Positions 8,667-16,187 of a stretch of 64,000 bases of DNA are shown piece by piece; the first letter of the stretch is position 1; each line of letters opens with the position of its first letter. Made by a program: the position numbers and the translations under genes. Origin of the DNA: a virus; IMG/VR virus record IMGVR_UViG_3300003690_000024, positions 1 through 64,000 of that record. One strand, written 5' to 3'. A model generated the notes under the pieces. It saw nothing but the letters and a program-made list of their open reading frames with translations, was not told where the DNA came from and did not search any database.

Positions 8667-9530
8667 ATGATCGATCGACACGAATTTGCGCAAGAAATGA
8701 TGCTTCGCGAACAGGTGCGCAAGGCCATTAATATTGTTAAAACTAAACGACAAGGACGGCGTCTTAAGTCGTTACAAGAAGAGACAATCCTTCGAGTATT
8801 TGTGCGTACTCTTCTAGGGGAAGGCCAAAGTGGAGTTGCAGATGCGGCTAGACATGATAGTACCGGGATTAATGCGCTTGAAGATCTCTTAAAAAACTCT
8901 AATATTCTCTCTGTTTTAGAAAAGGGGTATAAGTCTCTCACAACAGACGATAAACAAAGAGCTTCGTATCGTAACCACATCTTGGTGGCTGTAGAAAAAT
9001 CATTAGCTCCAGAAGATTCTCGTAAGAATGCTGGTGAGGATGTTGAGTTGGGTTCTCTAGAAGAGGATATTAATATTGATATCGATCGTCCACAAGATGA
9101 TCCAGATTTTATCGACGTTGAAGAAAAAGAAGAGGTGGTTGAAGAACCAGATGAAAGAGACTCTTTTGGCATAAATGGCGAAGATAAAACAGGAAGAAAC
9201 ATGGCATATACTGATTTCCAGTCGATTGAAAAGGTCATTTTGAGCGCTTTTGATGATTTGGATAATGCCGAAGATTCAACCATGTTTGAAGAATACCTTA
9301 TTAAGAATTTAGCTCTGTATTTTGACAAATTTGAAGCAGAATTAGATCCTACCGCAACAGAGCCAGAAGAGGCCGTCGACGCAGAGGTAGATGCAGACGT
9401 CGAAGGGGAAGAGGCGGGATTAGAAGGGACCGATGATTTAGGCTTAGAAGCTGAAGAAGTCGCAAACATCGAACTCCAAGAAATCGCTAAATTCCTCGAT
9501 ATTGATGATATTATTAAAAATATACTATAA
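8667..9530 (+). CDS. Highly acidic hypothetical protein (possible prohead core/scaffold-like)
   Basis: 287 aa, very Asp/Glu-rich, leader-like helices MLREQVRKAI and ILRVFVRTLLGE. Confidence 0.7.
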   Translation: MIDRHEFAQEMMLREQVRKAINIVKTKRQGRRLKSLQEETILRVFVRTLLGEGQSGVADAARHDSTGINALEDLLKNSNILSVLEKGYKSLTTDDKQRASYRNHILVAVEKSLAPEDSRKNAGEDVELGSLEEDINIDIDRPQDDPDFIDVEEKEEVVEEPDERDSFGINGEDKTGRNMAYTDFQSIEKVILSAFDDLDNAEDSTMFEEYLIKNLALYFDKFEAELDPTATEPEEAVDAEVDADVEGEEAGLEGTDDLGLEAEEVANIELQEIAKFLDIDDIIKNIL

Positions 9531-9890
9531 ATGAAACCACGGAAGTCAGAATCCCAGGGTTTTTGCAACGATTTATCATTCTCACAAAAGCTGAGAGATT
9601 TAGGAAAATCTAACGAAGCATTCGAAGTGATGCTTTCTGCACTAACTCTTGAGGAAATTATAGGTCTTAAACTAGAGTGTTCTAGTCGACTGACTAATGG
9701 AAAGCTATATGGTTTTAATTTGTGGTCAAATATAATTAATATTGTTAAGGAAGCGCTGTATAATGCAGTTATTACTGTGGCACATACCAACAAAGAGGCA
9801 GCCAGGATACTAGGTATTAATGACCAGACCTTTAAAACACTTAAGAGAAAATATAAGATAAGAGAAGAATACGACATTGACTTAGAATAG
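9531..9890 (+). CDS. Fis-family helix-turn-helix protein
   Basis: C-terminal EALYNAVITVAHTNKEAARILGINDQTFKTLKRKYKI matches the Fis/NtrC HTH pattern (N...AA..LGI...T...K.K). Confidence 0.7.
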   Translation: MKPRKSESQGFCNDLSFSQKLRDLGKSNEAFEVMLSALTLEEIIGLKLECSSRLTNGKLYGFNLWSNIINIVKEALYNAVITVAHTNKEAARILGINDQTFKTLKRKYKIREEYDIDLE

Positions 9891-9921
9891 CTTATTTTGA
9901 GATCTATGTCAAGCACTAAAT

Positions 9922-10003
9922 GGGGGTGGTTTGGGTTTCGACGGGGATTAAAGCCTGCAAGGGCAATCTTCGGACCGCGGTTCGATTCCGCGCACCTCCA
10001 CCA
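9922..10003 (+). ncRNA. ssrA: Minimal tmRNA-like RNA (tRNA-like domain only, 82 nt, no mRNA-like domain)
   Basis: Acceptor stem GGGGGTG/CACCTCC with G3.U70, discriminator A and encoded CCA; stemless D-loop GTTTGGGTTTCGA; helix CGGGGATT/AATCTTCG; GAC linker; T-arm CGCGG-TTCGATT-CCGCG. Confidence 0.85.
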
Positions 10004-10017
10004 ATTAAATTTTTTAG

Positions 10018-10049
10018 TTGACATATACAACTATATGTTATATTATAAT
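10018..10049 (+). promoter_or_regulatory. Sigma70-type promoter
   Basis: TTGACA (10018-10023), 17 nt, TATTAT (10041-10046, overlapping TATAAT 10044-10049), upstream of ATG 10060. Confidence 0.6.
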
Positions 10050-10059
10050 TATTATAGAG

Positions 10060-10575
10060 ATGTCAAAATTATTAATAGTATTATTACTACTATATTCTTG
10101 TAACAATCAACTGACAGAAGAGGATGTACGTCAAGAGGAATACGGCGAATTATATGCCACCATGAATTGCTGGTGGAGTAGTCAGCCCAATCTATCACCA
10201 GCCCTCTTTTGGTGTACCGAAACTCTTGATACCGAACTAATTTCCGGATATGTTAGCTTAGCTATTCTAGAAGACCTAGATGGGGAAGAAATGTTTTCCA
10301 TTTGTGGTAAAAATGTAACGCTTAATTCAGGAGTTAGCATATACGACAATATTATCGCATTAATGACTGAAGATACTTATGACTGCCTTCAATCTTATGA
10401 AAGAAATCTTGGAAACGAGTTTGACTGGATCTGGGATAACCCAACGAACACGCTGCAGCTTATATGGCGCCCTACAAACGACGTCGACAAGGTTCTTACG
10501 TTATTTATACCCGAAAAGGTAGATTCTCCACGTGTTTTGGGCTCTGTTTATTACAAAACTGGATATTTTGACTAA
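10060..10575 (+). CDS. Putative lipoprotein
   Basis: Start at ATG 10060 gives MSKLLIVLLLLYSC (signal peptide with lipobox-like Cys). Confidence 0.6.
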   Translation: MSKLLIVLLLLYSCNNQLTEEDVRQEEYGELYATMNCWWSSQPNLSPALFWCTETLDTELISGYVSLAILEDLDGEEMFSICGKNVTLNSGVSIYDNIIALMTEDTYDCLQSYERNLGNEFDWIWDNPTNTLQLIWRPTNDVDKVLTLFIPEKVDSPRVLGSVYYKTGYFD

Positions 10576-10582
10576 ATATTAT

Positions 10583-11167
10583 ATGAGCAATATTACAAAG
10601 ATAGTACTATCCTTCATAGGATATGTATTTTTATTTAGTTGGACGCTCTGCGTTCTAGTACAGCCAGCAGCTGCCGGCGATTATGTGGGCAACTTTGAGC
10701 GCATACCATTGGTAGAAAATCGTCCACCTCAGGTTGGCACGTGGAAATCAACTCCAACAATTATTGTATGCGAATATGCTCCGATTAGTCAAGTTCAGAT
10801 TAACAGCGCCGCTAGCTATTGGAAAAGACTAGGTTATAAGTTTTATAATATCCAATATAAATATGATCCCTTAAATAAATGTCTTAGCGAGAACCCAAAA
10901 GGTTATATTGTTATACATTTGATTACAGCCGGCGTTAGATTGGACGATAGTTCGCTGGCTCAGACTCATTTTTATGTTGATAATGAAACAAGCAACATTG
11001 AATGGGCTATAATTTATATGCGCGCAGATATTCGTCCAACTATTTTGGAACACGAGCTTGGTCATGCACTAGGTTTTTTACACTTTAATCAAATTAATCA
11101 TTTAATGAATGAAAAGTGGACGATGAGCGGTTGGGACAACGACGGCTTAGAAAACAGGTATCGGTAG
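10583..11167 (+). CDS. Secreted or membrane-anchored matrixin-like (metzincin) metalloprotease
   Basis: HELGHALGFLH (HExxHxxGxxH) plus Met-turn HLM; N-terminal hydrophobic signal; start reassigned to ATG 10583. Confidence 0.8.
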   Translation: MSNITKIVLSFIGYVFLFSWTLCVLVQPAAAGDYVGNFERIPLVENRPPQVGTWKSTPTIIVCEYAPISQVQINSAASYWKRLGYKFYNIQYKYDPLNKCLSENPKGYIVIHLITAGVRLDDSSLAQTHFYVDNETSNIEWAIIYMRADIRPTILEHELGHALGFLHFNQINHLMNEKWTMSGWDNDGLENRYR

Positions 11168-11571
11168 GCGATTTAGTAGTCTGTGTGGACATGGCAAAAA
11201 AAGATGCCAAGGGACATACTTGCAGATTTATTGGATTAGTACTTGACAAATCTATCACAGTCTATAAAATACAAGTAGTAGATACTGGTAGAGAGCTCTA
11301 TTGGCCTATGACAGCAACTTATCTATGGGAAATAGATGTTGGTCACCAAGAAGGACCACCATGGAAAATAGTTGGAAGATTTCCAACTTTTGAGAAAGCA
11401 AATTTGAAAAGAGAGAAGCTCCTCGAAGGAGCAGAGCTGCAGGTAAAGATACATTATCAGGGATCTCCCAATAATCGTTATTTTGCAGTTAAAGCTCGAC
11501 TCGATCCCGCAATTGCATTAGCGGAGGTCCTAGCAGCAAAGCGCGACGAGAAGAAGCGCCGAAAGAAGTGA
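11116..11571 (+). CDS. Hypothetical protein (SH3-like N-half, basic C-terminus); start uncertain
   Basis: VGDLV...GLVL...YKIQ pattern; GTG start overlaps the upstream gene. Confidence 0.5.
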   Translation: MDDERLGQRRLRKQVSVGDLVVCVDMAKKDAKGHTCRFIGLVLDKSITVYKIQVVDTGRELYWPMTATYLWEIDVGHQEGPPWKIVGRFPTFEKANLKREKLLEGAELQVKIHYQGSPNNRYFAVKARLDPAIALAEVLAAKRDEKKRRKK

Positions 11572-12092
11572 GGGAGGAGACGCGGCGCCGACGTTATGAT
11601 AGCAAGATCAAAACTGCTAAGAAATATCCGATTAGCCTTTGTGCTATCAATTTTCGTATTGATAGCAACCTTGGCTATCTTATTCGAAGTATTGCTTGCT
11701 TTGGTGCTGCACGGCTTTATGTGGTGGGCCACCTTCCTGATCGGAGCCAACTAAAAGCACCATCCGGGAGTTTGGTAGATTATGTGGAAATTATACAATT
11801 TGCGACACCACGAGATTTCGTGGACTATGCAAAAAGTAAAGACATTCAAATCGTCTCTGCAGAGTTGGTGGAAGGCGCTAGATCCGTGGCTTCTTATACT
11901 TTCAATTTCGCTAGCGATCTTTGCTTGGTGGTGGGTAACGAAGAATCCGGAGTTCCCTCTGAAATAATTTCCAATTCTGATGTAGTATATATAGAAATGC
12001 CGGGAGTTGGCTATTGTTTAAATACCGCACAAACAGCGAATATTTTATTATACGAAGCCGTCAACCAATATAATGGCAGCCAGTGTAGATAA
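11568..12092 (+). CDS. SpoU/TrmH-family (SPOUT) RNA 2'-O-methyltransferase
   Basis: NLGYLIRSIACFG, LVVGNEESGV, IEMPGVGYCLNTAQT motifs. Confidence 0.9.
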   Translation: MREETRRRRYDSKIKTAKKYPISLCAINFRIDSNLGYLIRSIACFGAARLYVVGHLPDRSQLKAPSGSLVDYVEIIQFATPRDFVDYAKSKDIQIVSAELVEGARSVASYTFNFASDLCLVVGNEESGVPSEIISNSDVVYIEMPGVGYCLNTAQTANILLYEAVNQYNGSQCR

Positions 12093-12134
12093 CGGGAGGT
12101 GCCAACTAGTTATAAATATAAGAGGCTTAAGAGA

Positions 12135-12323
12135 ATGCCAGACGAAAAAGAAAAAAAGTTACCTTCGTTTTTAAAAACGGTTTATCTCTCAAACAGAGAA
12201 ATCAGGTTAATATTGGCCGGCCTGTATTCACTTAAGATGCCCAAAGAAGAAGTTGAGAGTACTTTATGGAAAAAACTCCTTTTTGAGAAATTACATAAAA
12301 AAACACGTAGAAAGAAATATTAG
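12135..12323 (+). CDS. Small basic hypothetical protein
   Basis: ATG 12135 after GAGG; preceded by ACTAGTTATAAATA. Confidence 0.55.
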   Translation: MPDEKEKKLPSFLKTVYLSNREIRLILAGLYSLKMPKEEVESTLWKKLLFEKLHKKTRRKKY

Positions 12324-12565
12324 TGACATTGATAGAGAGAGACGATCTAATGATCGAAGCTGCTTTGGAGTTCGGGCCCGACTATATCTATAATATTAGA
12401 AACGGCACTATAGGCATTACTTTATATATTCAAGCCCCAAATAAGGCTGAAGCTTCTCATATACGCCAAAAGGCCCCAGTTAACTGGAAAAAATTATATG
12501 TGGTAGTGTTGTATTATAATGATCGAGAGTTTACAGATAGCAAACTAGATGATTCAAAGTCTTAA
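12323..12565 (+). CDS. Hypothetical protein
   Basis: 80 aa ORF coupled to the upstream stop. Confidence 0.55.
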   Translation: MTLIERDDLMIEAALEFGPDYIYNIRNGTIGITLYIQAPNKAEASHIRQKAPVNWKKLYVVVLYYNDREFTDSKLDDSKS

Positions 12566-12569
12566 TTTA

Positions 12570-12645
12570 GCCGGTATAGCTCAGCTGGCAGAGCAGTTGT
12601 CTTGTAAACAACAGGTCCGCGGTTCGAATCCGTGTGCCGGCACCA
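12570..12645 (+). tRNA. tRNA-Thr (anticodon UGU)
   Basis: Full cloverleaf GCCGGTA/TGCCGGC, D-arm GCTC/GAGC, anticodon arm GTTGT-CT TGT AA-ACAAC, T-loop TTCGAAT, encoded CCA. Confidence 0.97.
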
Positions 12646-12669
12646 TTGAGAATAATTAAAGGAACAAAT

Positions 12670-13179
12670 ATGAGTAAAAAAATAATCTGTGTATCTGGAG
12701 GGTTTGATCCCGTACATATTGGTCATTTAAGAATGATGCAGGCCGCAACCCAATTTGCTGACGAAGTTATTGTTATTGTTAACTCCGATAAGTGGCTTAT
12801 GAGAAAAAAGGGATATATTTTTATGCCTTTTAGAGAACGTTGCGAAATTATTGAAGGATTTAAAGGAGTTGCAGGAACCTCCTATGTTAACGACAAAGAT
12901 AATACAGTATGCGAGGCACTGAGACGACTTAAGCCTGATTATTTCGCAAATGGGGGAGATAGAAAAACTGACAACACTCCAGAAATGGATGTTTGTAATG
13001 AGCTTGGTATTGAAATGCTATGGAATGTAGGAGGAGACAAAATTCAAAGCTCTTCTACATTAGTTGAAATATCGGGGATAATAACTGAGACAGAGACAGA
13101 AATAGATGGCGTCGATATTACGCCCTCCCGCGTAGAGATTCTCACATGTGGGGATATAGCAAAGAAGGGAGATTATTAG
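12670..13179 (+). CDS. Cytidylyltransferase-like protein (TagD/RfaE-II/FAD-synthase family)
   Basis: VSGGFDPVHIGHL (HxGH), NGGDR, QSSS; start reassigned to ATG 12670 because the GTG start lies in the tRNA. Confidence 0.85.
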   Translation: MSKKIICVSGGFDPVHIGHLRMMQAATQFADEVIVIVNSDKWLMRKKGYIFMPFRERCEIIEGFKGVAGTSYVNDKDNTVCEALRRLKPDYFANGGDRKTDNTPEMDVCNELGIEMLWNVGGDKIQSSSTLVEISGIITETETEIDGVDITPSRVEILTCGDIAKKGDY

Positions 13180-13214
13180 AATTCTCTGTCTATTTATTTT
13201 AGTAAAGGGTTTAT

Positions 13215-14531
13215 ATGCCTCGTAAAACAACTTATGTGTTAGATACCAGCGTTTATCTTACCAATGCAGAATGTATTTATGCTTTCAAAACTCACGATAT
13301 TCACGTACCTCTGAAAGTTTTTGAAGAAATTGATAAACACAAGAAACGTCAAGATGCCGTCGGAGCCCAAGCGCGAAAGATTATTCGTATTTGGGACGAC
13401 CTCCGCTGCACAGGTTCCCTCGATAAGGGTGTGCGGATCCGCAAAGGATTGGGTGTAGTTAAATCTATTAGTGCCTCCGGAATTCTTGATGATGACCTCC
13501 CTAGGGACTTAGATATCAAAATTCCAGATCATTTAATTATTGCAACAGCGCTAAAAGCTCAACGTGAAAGTACACGCAAAGTGGTTCTGGTCTCGCGGGA
13601 TATTAATATGCGAGTCATTGCTGATGCGGTAGGTCTCGAATCTCAAGATTTCCAGAATAATCAAGTTGTCGACAACAGCGAAAGTATATATGAAGGGAGT
13701 GCAACTGTTTTAGTAGATGATCAAATAATTGATCGATTTTATGAAAAACAAAGCGTATATCTAGAAAACAAAGGCCTTCATCCTAACCAATATATTATGA
13801 TGGTTTCTAATGCCAACGAAAAAAAAACAGCTTTAGGCCGCTATACAAGTGATGTGATGCCTATTCGTCAATTACTGAAAAGCCAACAGATTTGGGGGGT
13901 CAAACCGCGGAATAAAGAACAGCAATTTTTGATGGATGCTCTGATGGATCCTACTATGCAAATTGTGACTGCCATTGGTAAAGCAGGAAGCGGTAAGACG
14001 ATCTGTGCGATCGCTGCAGGCCTTGAACAGACCATAGATGAGACCACACAGGAATACACCCGCGTAATCGTTTCACGGCCCGTACAACCCCTTGGAAAGG
14101 ATATTGGTTTTCTTCCCGGGAGCCTAGAAGAAAAAATGACCCCGTGGCTGATGCCGATCCAAGACAACCTTCAATTTTTAATGGGAAATGATAAACTAAC
14201 TCTTGACATTTATATGCAAAAGGGTATAATAGAGTTAGAAGCATTGACTTATATTCGTGGGCGTTCGATCTCAAATGCTTTTATTATAATTGATGAAGCA
14301 CAGAACTTGACAACTCACGAATTGAAGACTATAATAACAAGAGTAGGTGAAGGAACAAAAATCGTGTTAACTGGAGATGTAGAACAGATTGATAATGTTT
14401 ATATTGATGCGACATCTAATGGATTAACACATGCTGTTGAAAAGTTCAAGAGATTTGAGCTTGCCTCGCACGTAACTTTACATAAGGGCGAGCGCTCAAA
14501 AGTTGCAACCTTCGCCGCTGAAAATTTGTGA
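13215..14531 (+). CDS. phoH: PIN-domain + PhoH-like ATPase (PhoH2/YlaK type)
   Basis: N-terminal YVLDTSV...D..II..A...LVSRDINMR (PIN); Walker A GKAGSGKT, IGFLPG, YIRGRS, IIDEAQN, GDVEQID. Confidence 0.92.
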   Translation: MPRKTTYVLDTSVYLTNAECIYAFKTHDIHVPLKVFEEIDKHKKRQDAVGAQARKIIRIWDDLRCTGSLDKGVRIRKGLGVVKSISASGILDDDLPRDLDIKIPDHLIIATALKAQRESTRKVVLVSRDINMRVIADAVGLESQDFQNNQVVDNSESIYEGSATVLVDDQIIDRFYEKQSVYLENKGLHPNQYIMMVSNANEKKTALGRYTSDVMPIRQLLKSQQIWGVKPRNKEQQFLMDALMDPTMQIVTAIGKAGSGKTICAIAAGLEQTIDETTQEYTRVIVSRPVQPLGKDIGFLPGSLEEKMTPWLMPIQDNLQFLMGNDKLTLDIYMQKGIIELEALTYIRGRSISNAFIIIDEAQNLTTHELKTIITRVGEGTKIVLTGDVEQIDNVYIDATSNGLTHAVEKFKRFELASHVTLHKGERSKVATFAAENL

Positions 14532-14538
14532 GATTAAA

Positions 14539-14793
14539 ATGGAACAAGAAAATCCGGACTTAGATAGTCCCGTAGAAACCACCACTGGCTTAAAGGAGTT
14601 GGTAGTCAATTACATTGGCAATCGATTGAATGCTGAAGAAACTATCACGGTCGATATGGCTGTAGAAGTATTCGCAGCCGAATTCCCTGAGTTTTTAATG
14701 GCTATTGCTGAAGAAAACTTTTTAAGAGGATACGAACAAGCGTTGGTGGATGTGGAAAGTACTACCTCCTCTAAGACTAACACTAAATCATAA
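14539..14793 (+). CDS. Small acidic hypothetical protein
   Basis: ATG 14539; EFPEFLMAIAEENFLRGYEQAL. Confidence 0.65.
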   Translation: MEQENPDLDSPVETTTGLKELVVNYIGNRLNAEETITVDMAVEVFAAEFPEFLMAIAEENFLRGYEQALVDVESTTSSKTNTKS

Positions 14794-15413
14794 TGGAGTA
14801 TTACATACACAATATTCCTTTATTTGTGATAGATAAACTAAGTCCCGAGATTGACTTACCTTCTTTTTGCAAAGAAGTAGAAGAAATAATTCCCCGAGGC
14901 CTTTTATCACCCCTGGATGTTGTATATGTTGGAAAATTTAGAGAATTAGGCGGCCGTAACGCAACGTATATGGACGGCGCAGTTTATATAACTTCAGATG
15001 AGCCTACCAATTATGATATGCTTGAAGATTTTATTCACGAGGTTGCACACGGGCTTGATAAAATATATGGCATGCAAATTTATACTGGTGATCTCATACA
15101 AGAATTTAAAGGGAAAAGAAAACGGTTATATCATATATTAAAGGCGGAAGGTTATGATGTGAGTACTTTGTTGTTTGACTTTACAGAATACAATAAAAAA
15201 TTTGATAAGTTTTTAGCTGATGATGTGGGTTATGCTAGTCTAGTGCCGCTGACAATGGGGTTGTTTGTCTCCCCTTACGGGGCTACCTCTATTCAAGAAT
15301 ATTTTGCCAACGGATTTGAGAAGTATTTTCTCGATAATCCACGAACGGTGAGAATGATCTCACCGATTCTGTATAGAAAGATTGAAGAAATAATTAATGA
15401 TGTCAAAGCGTGA
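14793..15413 (+). CDS. Zn-metallopeptidase-like protein (HExxH)
   Basis: FIHEVAHGL and distal SPYGATSIQEYFANGFE. Confidence 0.65.
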   Translation: MEYYIHNIPLFVIDKLSPEIDLPSFCKEVEEIIPRGLLSPLDVVYVGKFRELGGRNATYMDGAVYITSDEPTNYDMLEDFIHEVAHGLDKIYGMQIYTGDLIQEFKGKRKRLYHILKAEGYDVSTLLFDFTEYNKKFDKFLADDVGYASLVPLTMGLFVSPYGATSIQEYFANGFEKYFLDNPRTVRMISPILYRKIEEIINDVKA

Positions 15414-16179
15414 ACATATATCATATTCTGAATTAAAAGATTGGGCTCACTGTCCGCATTATCATAAGAAAGTATGGATTGAAAAGGTTGACTCGTTTGA
15501 GGGTAACGAATATACGGCCTTCGGAAGCACTATACATGATGTGTGCGAGAAGAAACTTCTCAAAGAAGATATCGATGAGACAGAAACATTCCAGATAGGC
15601 TTTGCAAAGAGACTTCAAGAATTGCTGGAAAAGAATATCGAAGTTAACCCCGACAATGTGGAACAGATGAAGACATCTGGTCCCGCGATTCTCGCTGAGG
15701 TTGATGAGGCTTTAGAGAAATATTTCGGCGATTATGAAGTATTTTCTTCTGAGGAAATGCTTTATGTGCCTATCGAGAATTTCAATATTAACTTTAAAGG
15801 TTTTGTAGATGCTGTCGTTAAGGTAGGAGATATCTATCACCTCTTTGATTGGAAGACTTGCTCATGGGGCTGGGACTCGCGTAAAAAAGCGGAGAAACTG
15901 GTTACGTATCAACTGACGTTATATAAACATTTCTTCTGTCAAAAACACAAAATTGATCCACAAAAGGTGGAAACGCACTTTGCACTATTAAAAAGAACGG
16001 CCAAAAAAGACCGTGTAGAAATATTTAAAGTGACGAGCGGCCCAAAGAAAACACAAAATGCTCTTAAACTTCTCTATCAAGCAATTTATAATATAACTAA
16101 AAGATTTAGTATCAAGAATAGGCTGCATTGTCACAAGCCCTATCCCTGTAAATTGCTACATACCGAACATTGCCCATAG
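15397..16179 (+). CDS. PD-(D/E)XK nuclease, Cas4/AddB-like
   Basis: ISYSEL..W..CP, G..IH, GFVDAV, LFDWKT, YQL..Y, C-terminal Cys cluster. Confidence 0.85.
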   Translation: MMSKREHISYSELKDWAHCPHYHKKVWIEKVDSFEGNEYTAFGSTIHDVCEKKLLKEDIDETETFQIGFAKRLQELLEKNIEVNPDNVEQMKTSGPAILAEVDEALEKYFGDYEVFSSEEMLYVPIENFNINFKGFVDAVVKVGDIYHLFDWKTCSWGWDSRKKAEKLVTYQLTLYKHFFCQKHKIDPQKVETHFALLKRTAKKDRVEIFKVTSGPKKTQNALKLLYQAIYNITKRFSIKNRLHCHKPYPCKLLHTEHCP

Positions 16180-16187
16180 GAACTAAT

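Noticed and set aside
9922-10003. Ordinary tRNA-Ala(UGC)
   Set aside because: No D-stem and no 5-bp stem with 7-nt anticodon loop; D-loop, helix 2a and GAC linker follow the tmRNA pattern
8621-10030. 469-aa minus-strand ORF
   Set aside because: Antisense shadow of two well-supported + strand genes and the tmRNA-like RNA; its Ser-rich text is the mirror of Glu/Asp codons; no recognisable motif
9897-10103. 68-aa + strand ORF across the RNA gene
   Set aside because: Overlaps the structured RNA and a promoter; it runs through the TLD itself, so it is not a tmRNA tag frame
12634-12669. N-terminal extension of the cytidylyltransferase in the ORF track
   Set aside because: The GTG lies within the tRNA 3' end; ATG 12670 has an AAGGA SD and starts at the domain boundary
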